From an uncultured Erysipelotrichaceae bacterium (lineage in GTDB: Bacteria; Bacillota_I; Bacilli_A; RF39; UBA660), in contig CACZTI010000050.1 of the NCBI GenBank assembly GCA_902783985.1, positions 1 through 41,044 of the forward strand: a stretch of DNA of 41,044 nt. The letters are read 5' to 3'. The position numbers and the translations under genes were made by a program. The notes below the pieces were generated by a model. That model was not told where the DNA came from. It did not search any database and was given only the letters and a program-made list of their open reading frames with translations. Each line of letters begins with the position of its first letter. Position 1 is the first letter of the stretch. Below are positions 33,952 through 41,044 of this stretch, in pieces.

Positions 33952-34532
33952 TGTCAATATTTAATAAAAAAAAGATTATTGAATTTAATAAAATAACAAT
34001 ATTACTTGTAGTTTTAATACTTTTATTATGTTTGATACCATTAACTTTTTCTCGTTTTGAAACTGAAAAAGAAGGGGATATCATTATTCCTCATGCAATA
34101 TATTTACTTGAAGATACGGTAATTTCTGAAACAGTCAGTCTACCAGAAATCATACCTAGTAATAATCAATATTTATATTATTTTACTATTAGTAATTTCA
34201 ATGAAGAAAGAAGAACTGAGACTAATCTTAAATATGATTTATCGATTAGGACAACAACTAATATTCCTATAACCTATGATTTATTTAAAGGAACTACAGT
34301 AAATAATAATACGAGTATTGTTACAAGTAATCAAGTTATAACGGATGATGATGGGACTTTTTTTAGGATAATAGAAACAAATACAGAGTATTTTAATTAT
34401 AGTGAAAATCAAACAAATAGTTATGTTTTATTAATAACTTTTCCAGCTGGTTATAATGATTCTGACTATCAAGATTTATTTGAAATGATAGAGATAAATA
34501 TAAAATCTCATCAAGTTTTATCAACTGATTAA
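33948..34532 (+). CDS. Exported protein (194 aa) with a signal-anchor ending in LTFSRFETEKE
   Basis: ATGA overlap with sipW-2. It has a TM followed by a beta-rich domain of about 150 aa. Its size and position correspond to the small TasA-like gene after sipW-1. Confidence 0.6.
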   Translation: MMSIFNKKKIIEFNKITILLVVLILLLCLIPLTFSRFETEKEGDIIIPHAIYLLEDTVISETVSLPEIIPSNNQYLYYFTISNFNEERRTETNLKYDLSIRTTTNIPITYDLFKGTTVNNNTSIVTSNQVITDDDGTFFRIIETNTEYFNYSENQTNSYVLLITFPAGYNDSDYQDLFEMIEINIKSHQVLSTD

Positions 34533-34610
34533 ATATTAAGGAATTTTTAAAAAAAGTATTGAATTCGACAAAAAAATATGATAACATTATATAGTATAAG
34601 GGAGAGATGT

Positions 34611-35837
34611 ATGAAAGAAGAGTTATTAGTAAAGAAAAGTGATAACAGAAAGAAACAAGAAAAGGGTTTTTGGTATGTTTTAATGCACCGCAATAAGAAG
34701 GGAAGAAAAAGCTTAGTATTACTTTTATTTCTATTGTTGACAGTAGTATTATTAAGTACATCAGTTTATGCATGGTTTACAGCAAACTATGTTGTATCAG
34801 TTACCGATTTGGATGTTACTGTTGCTAGTGGATCAGGTATTCAAATTTCAACTGATGCTATAAATTGGAAGTCTTTAGTTACATCTTCTGAATTACTTGC
34901 TGCAAGTTCAACATATGCTGATGCTGTTAATCAAGTACCTACAAGAGTAAATTCTGGAACTATTCTTAACCCAGTATCAACTGTTAATACTGTAGCTGCA
35001 GTTAACGGATATAAAGTTGGTGGAGAAAACACTAAGAGTTTACAAGGATTAAAGATGTATCTTGGTAGTGTTACTAATAATAGTTTAGGTAATTATATTT
35101 TAACTGCTACAGAAGAAAATGATCGTAATGGAGCAAGTGGTAACTATTTAGCATTTGATGTATTTATTAAATCAGATTTTAGTGAAAATACAACTCTTTA
35201 TTTAACAAAGAATACTAGTGTTAAAGGATATACTGTAAATAGTGGTATTGATACCGATATTGAATATGCTTCTCGTATTGCTATTATTGATGAAGGTAAT
35301 ACTGCTTCAAGTTCAACAACATCAACGATGCAAGCTTTAAATGATGGTACATCAGCAATCTTTATTGAACCAAATTATGATGTTCATACTGCTACTGGAG
35401 TAAACCATGCAAGCAATGTTTATGGTATTACAACATATGCAACAACTGCTGCTTATAATACAGCAAATGATTCTAGTGTAACATATCAACCTGCACTTGC
35501 ATATTCAGGTGTTAAAGCTCCTATTGCTGCAAATCAAGCAGATTATTCAACCGGTGCAAATACTGGTGTTAAATGGGGCGATGCTACTGCTACAAATTAT
35601 GGATCACTATTTGGTGATGTAACAATCAATAAGTTAATTGCATCTGATAATGATACTGCTGAAAGTGGAACTCATACTGAATTAATGACTTTAAAACCTG
35701 GTGTTACAAAACTTCGTATTTATATGTGGATTGAAGGACAAGATATTGACTGTGAAAATAAAGCATCTGGTGGAACATTAATTTTTAACTTAGGATTTGA
35801 AGTTAATGAACCAGGTACTACTCCAGTTACACCATAG
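34611..35837 (+). CDS. Large TasA-like exported protein (408 aa); candidate major structural subunit
   Basis: I place the start at ATG 34611 (GGGAGAG RBS). The signal peptide ends in TSVYAWFTANYVVS. The C-terminus LRIYMWIEGQDIDCENKASGGTLIFNLGFEVNEP places it in the same family as 18210... Its Ala/Thr/Ser/Gly/Val-rich composition is unlike its neighbours. It has its own candidate promoter (TTGAAT at 34559, TGaTAACAT at 34579) and a strong terminator. Confidence 0.75.
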   Translation: MKEELLVKKSDNRKKQEKGFWYVLMHRNKKGRKSLVLLLFLLLTVVLLSTSVYAWFTANYVVSVTDLDVTVASGSGIQISTDAINWKSLVTSSELLAASSTYADAVNQVPTRVNSGTILNPVSTVNTVAAVNGYKVGGENTKSLQGLKMYLGSVTNNSLGNYILTATEENDRNGASGNYLAFDVFIKSDFSENTTLYLTKNTSVKGYTVNSGIDTDIEYASRIAIIDEGNTASSSTTSTMQALNDGTSAIFIEPNYDVHTATGVNHASNVYGITTYATTAAYNTANDSSVTYQPALAYSGVKAPIAANQADYSTGANTGVKWGDATATNYGSLFGDVTINKLIASDNDTAESGTHTELMTLKPGVTKLRIYMWIEGQDIDCENKASGGTLIFNLGFEVNEPGTTPVTP

Positions 35838-35849
35838 AAATTAATAATT

Positions 35850-35877
35850 AAGCAAACTTATGTTTGCTTTTTTTTTA
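35850..35877 (+). terminator. Rho-independent terminator
   Basis: aagcaaac-ttat-gtttgctt followed by T9. Confidence 0.85.
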
Positions 35878-35904
35878 TCTTTGTGTTAAGATAATTTTGT
35901 ATTT

Positions 35905-36095
35905 AACGAAGAAATAGTCTTTAATTATTAAACTCGTTTAAGAGAGTTAGTGGGTGGTGCAAACTAACAGGTTTAATAAGGAAATTACAACTATGGAGTT
36001 AAAACGGTAATTCCGTTATAATATGAGTGCATAGAATTCTATGAAGTAGGGTGGTACCGCGATAAATCGTCCCTATTTTATAGAATTTTTATTGT
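35905..36095 (+). promoter_or_regulatory. T-box riboswitch leader (probable Tyr specifier) upstream of deoC-tyrS
   Basis: AGAGAG (35941). Distal stem-loop gttagt-gGGTGGTGCAA-actaac. Candidate specifier region GGAAATTACAAC with UAC at 35986-35988 followed by A. F-box CCGTTA (36013). Hallmark T-box motif AGTAGGGTGGTACCGCG (36045-36061). Terminator arms aattctat..aggg / ccct..atagaatt followed by TTTTT (36036-36090). Confidence 0.85.
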
Positions 36096-36111
36096 TAAAA
36101 GGAGGATTTTT

Positions 36112-36813
36112 ATGAATATAATGGAGTATATTGATAGTACTAATTTATCAAAAGTTGCTACAGCAGAAGATATTATGAAGCTTTGTGATGATGCTAAAAA
36201 ATATCATTTTCCAGCTGTTTGTGTTAGTCCTTATTATGTTAAGGCTGCCAGTGAATATTTAAAAGGAAGTACAGTAGAAGTTTGTACAGTTATTGGTTTT
36301 CCTAATGGTTATAGTACAAAAGAGGTTAAACAATATGAAGCTATTGATGCTATTAATAACGGTGCTAAAGAAATTGATATGGTAATAAATATTAATGCTT
36401 TAAAGAATAAAGATTATGATTATGTTAAAGATGAAATAGAAATGATAAGGGATTCCATTGATGGAAAAGTCTTAAAAGTTATTATTGAAACTTGTTTATT
36501 AACAGATGATGAAATTATCAAAATGACGGAAATATGTAATGAAACTTTTGTTAACTTTATTAAAACAAGTACGGGTTTTGATAAGAGTGGTGCTTGCATT
36601 CATGATATTGAATTAATTAAGAAACATAAAAATGATGTTTTAGAGATTAAAGCTAGTGGTGGAATAAATACTTTAGATAAAGCCATGAAATTTATTGAAA
36701 TGGGAGTAACTAGAATTGGAACTAGTCATGCTGTAGATATTGTTAATGGAAAAGAATCTGAAGAAGATTGTTGTTGTCATGATAAAAAATGTAAATGTAA
36801 GGAGGGAAAATAA
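36112..36813 (+). CDS. deoC: Deoxyribose-phosphate aldolase with a short Cys-rich C-terminal tail
   Basis: AGGAGG RBS. IDSTNL, PAVCV.P, VCTVIGFP.G, EIDMVIN, KVIIETC.LTDDE, FIKTSTGF (Schiff-base Lys) and IKASGGI. The tail is EEDCCCHDKKCKCKEGK. Confidence 0.9.
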   Translation: MNIMEYIDSTNLSKVATAEDIMKLCDDAKKYHFPAVCVSPYYVKAASEYLKGSTVEVCTVIGFPNGYSTKEVKQYEAIDAINNGAKEIDMVININALKNKDYDYVKDEIEMIRDSIDGKVLKVIIETCLLTDDEIIKMTEICNETFVNFIKTSTGFDKSGACIHDIELIKKHKNDVLEIKASGGINTLDKAMKFIEMGVTRIGTSHAVDIVNGKESEEDCCCHDKKCKCKEGK

Positions 36814-38042
36814 TGACATTATTTGAAGAGTTAAAGTGGCGTGGTTTAATTAAAGATACAGCAGGAGATGACTTAGAAAAAGTCATAAATAGTTTGGATG
36901 CTACTTTTTATTGGGGAACAGATCCTACTGCTGATAGTTTGCATATTGGCCACTATAGTAGTTTAATTACTGTAAAACGTCTTGCTAAGGCCGGACACCA
37001 TCCAATACTTCTAGTAGGTGGAGCTACAGGACTTATTGGAGATCCAAGACCAACGGCTGAAAGAGAAATAATATCATTTGAGGCAGTTCAAAAAAACTTT
37101 CAAGGAATCAAAAAACAAGTAGAAAGTATCTTTAATGGAAATGTTGAAGTTGTAAATAACTATGATTGGACAAAAGATATTAATATCTTGGAATTCTTAA
37201 GAGAAGTTGGAAAATACATTAATGTTAATTATATGTTAAATAAAGATATTATTCAAAGAAGACTTGATACTGGTATTACTTTTGCTGAGTTTGCTTATAC
37301 GCTTTTACAAGGATATGATTTTTTACACTTATATGAAACAAGAAATTGTATTATGCAAGTAGAAGGAAGTGATCAGTGGGGAAATATTACTACGGGAATT
37401 GATTTAATTAATAAAAAATTAGGTAAAAATGCTTATGCTTTTACAATGCCTTTAATATTAGATAGTAATGGTGAAAAATTTGGTAAAAGTGCGGGTAATG
37501 CATTGTGGCTTGATAAAAATAAAACAAGTTCATATGAATTATATCAATATTTAATTAATTCTGATGATAGTAAAGTTGAAGAATATTTAAAAGTATTTAC
37601 TTTCCTTACTCCAGAAGAAATAATGGAGGTTATGAGGAAACATCAAGAAAAACCAGAAGATAGAGTTGCGCAAAAAACATTAGCAAAAGAATTTATTACT
37701 GATTTACATGGTGAAGAAGAATACTTAAAAGCATTAAGAATTAGTGAAGCCTTATTTAGTGGAGATATTAAAAGTCTTAAAGAAGAAGATATTCATGATG
37801 CTTTTAATAGTTTACCAAGTTATGAAGTAAATACTGATAAAAATATCATTGATTTACTAGTAGAAGCAGGTGTTTGTTCAAGTAAAAGAGAAGCAAGAGA
37901 ATTTGTCGGTAATAATTCTATTAGTATTAATGGTGATAAAATAAATGATTTAGATTATGTTATAAGTAAAGATAACGCTATCGGAAGTTTTACAATAATT
38001 AGAAAAGGTAAAAAGAAATATTTCGTTATTAAACATGTATAG
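36813..38042 (+). CDS. tyrS: Tyrosyl-tRNA synthetase
   Basis: TAATG overlap with deoC. HIGH motif (SLHIGHY), GGATGLIGDP, KFGKS (KMSKS-type) and a C-terminal S4-like domain (SKREAREFV..NSISING). Confidence 0.93.
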   Translation: MTLFEELKWRGLIKDTAGDDLEKVINSLDATFYWGTDPTADSLHIGHYSSLITVKRLAKAGHHPILLVGGATGLIGDPRPTAEREIISFEAVQKNFQGIKKQVESIFNGNVEVVNNYDWTKDINILEFLREVGKYINVNYMLNKDIIQRRLDTGITFAEFAYTLLQGYDFLHLYETRNCIMQVEGSDQWGNITTGIDLINKKLGKNAYAFTMPLILDSNGEKFGKSAGNALWLDKNKTSSYELYQYLINSDDSKVEEYLKVFTFLTPEEIMEVMRKHQEKPEDRVAQKTLAKEFITDLHGEEEYLKALRISEALFSGDIKSLKEEDIHDAFNSLPSYEVNTDKNIIDLLVEAGVCSSKREAREFVGNNSISINGDKINDLDYVISKDNAIGSFTIIRKGKKKYFVIKHV

Positions 38043-38048
38043 GTTTTT

Positions 38049-39143
38049 ATGAAAAAAGAATTATTAAAAGAACTTTATGGATTAAGAAAACAAATAATGT
38101 TTTTGCCCAATAGTATTAAAAGAGATTATTTACTTTTAGATTATTCTCATTTATATAAATATCTTGAATATTTAAATTTAAATCTTGATGATGATTTATT
38201 AGATTTTGATAATACTGATAGAGTTAATAAAATAACTGATGATGGAATATATTTACAAATAGGGGAATTTATTTTAAATAATGATTATCTATTAAGAAGA
38301 ATTAATGAAATATTAAAAACTTATCATAAGCATAACTTTTATGCGGAAAATAGTTTACCTACTAAGATTAATCAAAAAGATATTGGAAAAGTACTAGATG
38401 ATTTCTTTAAATATTTAGGTAGTGATATTTATAAGTTATACCGAAGACTTTTAAAGGAAACATTTATAGGATATGGAGTATCGATGGATGCTGATGCTTT
38501 AACATTTCATCGAATGTTTGATAAATTATCCAATGTTATGATGTGTTGTGATGGTAAAGAATTACTTGATTATAATTCATTTGTTCATGAAATAGGTCAT
38601 GTATATCAATTCTATCTTCAAAGAAATGGTAATTATCTATCTGATCTTCATTATGGAACCGAGATTACATCAAGATTATTTGAAAAATTATTTAGAAAAT
38701 ATTTATTAGATAATCATTTATATAATAAACAAATAGATAATACCATTAGTTCATATCACTATCAAAATATCAATATGTATGGCGTATGTTCCTTAATTTG
38801 TGAAATAGTAAGAACTGGTAATTTTATGATAGATGATACTTTAGTTAAGAGTGAATTAGATGAAGAAGAATTAAGAAGAAGATTAATGAATAAAATTGGA
38901 TTTATCTATGATTATACATTAGATTTAGATTATAATAGTTTTCTATATGTTATAGGAGATATTATATCAAGTAATTTTTATAAAGAAATAAATGATAATA
39001 AAGAAGAAGGTTTTAAAAAACTAAGAGATTATCTTGTTAGATTAGATGATTTAAGTATTAAAGAATCTTTTAAATTATATGGCAATATGGATAATGCCAA
39101 AGAATATATTAATAATGATATCAAAATACTAAGAAAGGTTTAA
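38049..39143 (+). CDS. Putative zinc metallopeptidase-like protein (HExxH)
   Basis: HEIGHVYQ motif in a helical 364-aa cytoplasmic protein. The family (possibly M3/PepF-like) is not established. Confidence 0.4.
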   Translation: MKKELLKELYGLRKQIMFLPNSIKRDYLLLDYSHLYKYLEYLNLNLDDDLLDFDNTDRVNKITDDGIYLQIGEFILNNDYLLRRINEILKTYHKHNFYAENSLPTKINQKDIGKVLDDFFKYLGSDIYKLYRRLLKETFIGYGVSMDADALTFHRMFDKLSNVMMCCDGKELLDYNSFVHEIGHVYQFYLQRNGNYLSDLHYGTEITSRLFEKLFRKYLLDNHLYNKQIDNTISSYHYQNINMYGVCSLICEIVRTGNFMIDDTLVKSELDEEELRRRLMNKIGFIYDYTLDLDYNSFLYVIGDIISSNFYKEINDNKEEGFKKLRDYLVRLDDLSIKESFKLYGNMDNAKEYINNDIKILRKV

Positions 39144-39145
39144 TT

Positions 39146-39598
39146 ATGAATGAATATATAAAATTAAGTATTAAAGGAAGAAAAGATATTTTTTCTAATA
39201 ATTATGAAATTAAAAATAAAGATATTTTAGATAAAATAGAAGATTTATTTAAAAGAATAGAAGATTTTGGTAAAAACTTTTCTGATGCTATGGAATTTGA
39301 ACAAAGTTTTATGGCAAGTCCTTTAAATGAAGAATATAATAATTTGTTAAGTGAAGTAGCTAGTAAATGTAAATTTATTATGCCTGATGAATTTAAAGAA
39401 GAATATAAGGAAGATATGAAAAGACAAGCTAAAGAAGATTTAAAAAGTGATGCAAAATACGTCATGGAAAGTTTATCGATGCCTGCAAGAAGAAAAGCCA
39501 GAGAAGAATTGGATAGTAAACTTCGTGATACACCTTTAGGTACTTTAGAACAAATTAGTAATATGAAACATTTATTTAACAGATTTAAGAAAAAATAA
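39146..39598 (+). CDS. Hypothetical Lys/Glu-rich helical protein (150 aa)
   Basis: It starts 3 nt after the previous stop. I prefer it over the antisense 140-aa ORF, whose Leu/Ser-rich translation is typical of the reverse complement of K/E-rich coding sequence. Confidence 0.5.
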   Translation: MNEYIKLSIKGRKDIFSNNYEIKNKDILDKIEDLFKRIEDFGKNFSDAMEFEQSFMASPLNEEYNNLLSEVASKCKFIMPDEFKEEYKEDMKRQAKEDLKSDAKYVMESLSMPARRKAREELDSKLRDTPLGTLEQISNMKHLFNRFKKK

Positions 39599-39617
39599 AA
39601 AAAATTTAATAAAAATC

Positions 39618-39646
39618 TTGACAAGAAATAAATGATATTGTATCAT
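39618..39646 (+). promoter_or_regulatory. Sigma-A-type promoter of the rpsL-rpsG-fusA (str) operon
   Basis: TTGACA, a 17-nt spacer, then TATCAT. Confidence 0.6.
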
Positions 39647-39664
39647 TATTCATGTTTATGAATT

Positions 39665-39689
39665 TTAGGTTTTGCTTGGCAAAGCCTAA
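39665..39689 (+). promoter_or_regulatory. Stem-loop in the rpsL 5' leader
   Basis: ttaggttttg-cttgg-caaagcctaa (10 bp including one G-U pair). Confidence 0.3.
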
Positions 39690-39739
39690 GTTTAATAAAG
39701 AAAATGACACACCAGGATATGTGTTAGAAAGGAGTATTT

Positions 39740-40156
39740 ATGCCTACAATTAATCAATTAGTTAAAAAAAGAAGAGGTAATAAGGTTAGAAAACCAAAAT
39801 CACCAGTATTATTAGTTGGAGTAAATAATATTCAAAAGAAACAAACAAAAATTAATTCTCCACAAAAAAGAGGTGTTTGTGTACGTGTTGGAACAATGAC
39901 TCCAAAGAAACCTAACTCAGCTCTTCGTAAATATGCTCGTGTAAAATTATCTAATGGTATGGAAGTAACTTGTTATATTCCAGGAGAAGGACATAATTTA
40001 CAAGAACATAGTGTTGTATTGATTCGTGGTGGACGTGTACCAGATTTAATCGGTGTACGTTATCATATAATCCGTGGAACACTTGATACACAAGGAGTTA
40101 AAGATAGAAAGCAAGGTCGTAGTAAATACGGAACTAAAAAAGAAAAGAAAAAATAA
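39740..40156 (+). CDS. rpsL: 30S ribosomal protein S12
   Basis: [50 protein letters not shown] and GVRYHI.RG. Confidence 0.97.
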   Translation: MPTINQLVKKRRGNKVRKPKSPVLLVGVNNIQKKQTKINSPQKRGVCVRVGTMTPKKPNSALRKYARVKLSNGMEVTCYIPGEGHNLQEHSVVLIRGGRVPDLIGVRYHIIRGTLDTQGVKDRKQGRSKYGTKKEKKK

Positions 40157-40184
40157 TAATTAGTATTTGAAGGGAGGAATTGAA

Positions 40185-40652
40185 ATGCGTAAAAGACGTG
40201 CAGAAATACGTGATGTTTTACCAGATCCAATATATAAATCTAAAGTAGTTACTAAACTAGTTAATAGAATTATGTTAGATGGTAAAAAAGGTGTTGCTGA
40301 AAAGATTTTATATGAAGCATTTGATATCGTTAAAGATAAAACAGGAGAAGATCCTGTAAGTGTATTTGAAAAAGCACTTGAAAATATTAAACCACAACTT
40401 GAAGTTAAATCTAAAAGAGTTGGTGGAAGTAATTATCAAGTACCAGTTGAAGTATCAGCTACAAGAAGTCAAACTTTAGGACTTCGTTGGTTAGTTAATT
40501 ATGCAAGACTAAGAAATGGTCATACAATGGCTCAAAATCTTGCTGATGAAATAATTGATGCAAGCAATGGTACAGGTAATGCTGTTAAAAAACGTGAAGA
40601 CACACATAGAATGGCAGAAGCTAATAAGGCTTTCGCTCATTATCGTTGGTAG
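40185..40652 (+). CDS. rpsG: 30S ribosomal protein S7
   Basis: I place the start at ATG 40185, 7 nt after GGGAGG. The TTG at 40167 in the ORF track is unlikely to be the start. RKRRAE.R....DP.Y.S..V.K..N..M..GKK..AE.I.Y.A. and a C-terminal ..AFAHYRW. Confidence 0.95.
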   Translation: MRKRRAEIRDVLPDPIYKSKVVTKLVNRIMLDGKKGVAEKILYEAFDIVKDKTGEDPVSVFEKALENIKPQLEVKSKRVGGSNYQVPVEVSATRSQTLGLRWLVNYARLRNGHTMAQNLADEIIDASNGTGNAVKKREDTHRMAEANKAFAHYRW

Positions 40653-40666
40653 AAAGGAATTAAGTT

Positions 40667-41044
40667 ATGGCTCGTGAAACGTCATTAGAGATGACAAGAA
40701 ATTTTGGAATCATGGCTCATATTGATGCTGGTAAAACAACTACTACTGAAAGAGTTTTATTCCATACAAAGAAGATTCATAAAATTGGGGAAACTCATGA
40801 TGGTGAATCACAAATGGACTGGATGGAACAAGAACAAGAACGTGGTATTACAATTACTTCAGCTGCTACTACTGCTTACTGGAAAAAGTATCGTTTTAAT
40901 ATAATTGATACTCCAGGACACGTAGATTTTACTGTTGAAGTTAGTCGTTCATTACGTGTTTTGGATGGTGCTGTTGCATTACTTGATTCACAAGCAGGTG
41001 TTGAACCTCAAACTGAAACAGTTTGGAGACAAGCTACTGAATTC
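40667..41044 (+). CDS. fusA: Elongation factor G (N-terminal 126 codons; continues past the window)
   Basis: Translated by hand: [69 protein letters not shown]......[24 protein letters not shown]. This frame is absent from the ORF track because it has no stop inside the window. Confidence 0.97.
   Translation, partial: MARETSLEMTRNFGIMAHIDAGKTTTTERVLFHTKKIHKIGETHDGESQMDWMEQEQERGITITSAATTAYWKKYRFNIIDTPGHVDFTVEVSRSLRVLDGAVALLDSQAGVEPQTETVWRQATEF

Noticed and set aside
34393-34773. A 126-aa minus-strand ORF bridging the 33948.. and 34611.. genes.
   Set aside because: It overlaps two better-supported plus-strand genes and their promoter and RBS region, and its translation is low-complexity and hydrophobic.
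3150-35837. Sortase-dependent anchoring of the surface proteins.
   Set aside because: None of the exported proteins ends in an LPXTG-like motif followed by a hydrophobic stretch and a basic tail. No sortase gene is present in the window.
39202-39624. A 140-aa minus-strand ORF antisense to 39146..39598.
   Set aside because: Its Leu/Ser/Phe-rich, low-complexity translation is the typical mirror image of a Lys/Glu-rich gene. It has no RBS, and the plus-strand ORF is positioned 3 nt after the upstream gene.
40704-40904. A 66-aa ORF from the track.
   Set aside because: It is out of frame inside the unmistakable fusA (EF-G) coding sequence, which starts at 40667.

Overview
This is about 41 kb of very AT-rich DNA (roughly 25-30% G+C by eye). 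It uses the standard code, since TGA acts as a stop. The T-box leader, the rplM-rpsI and rpsL-rpsG-fusA operons and the GGAGG ribosome-binding sites point to a low-GC Firmicute.

Housekeeping genes sit at both edges. On the left are two half-size ABC exporter genes and rplM-rpsI. On the right are T-box-deoC-tyrS, two genes of unknown or peptidase-like function, and rpsL-rpsG-fusA.

The centre (about 10.3-35.9 kb), plus one outlying gene at 3.1-6.1 kb, is an accessory surface-protein region built around archaeal/ER-type (SipW-like) signal peptidases. It contains:
- two catalytically plausible SipW genes;
- two SipW-shaped paralogues that lack the catalytic Ser and His;
- about 10-11 exported proteins whose signal peptides end in a TasA-like motif (T-Y/F-A-W/F/K/R-F/Y). 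These include small camelysin/TasA-sized proteins, three larger proteins sharing a C-terminal W-[LI]-E-G-[QD]-D motif, a 3138-aa protein with ricin-like and beta-helix regions, and two adhesin-like proteins that share one N-terminal module (one carries BspA-type LRRs, the other a Cys-rich head).

The most unusual part is inside the first locus. A membrane-anchored McrB-family AAA+ GTPase and a partner with an McrC/DUF2357-like ENRF motif are tightly packed or overlapping with sipW and TasA-like genes. I do not know of a described system with this arrangement.

Other points worth a second look:
- a roughly 320-bp G+C-rich island covering the 3' end and downstream region of the 444-aa gene;
- phased TGTAAA repeats in a divergent promoter region;
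- a T-box leader in front of deoC-tyrS;
- an unusual RpsL P-D-L-I motif at streptomycin-resistance positions.

All homology statements come from motif recognition by eye. No searches or alignments were run.
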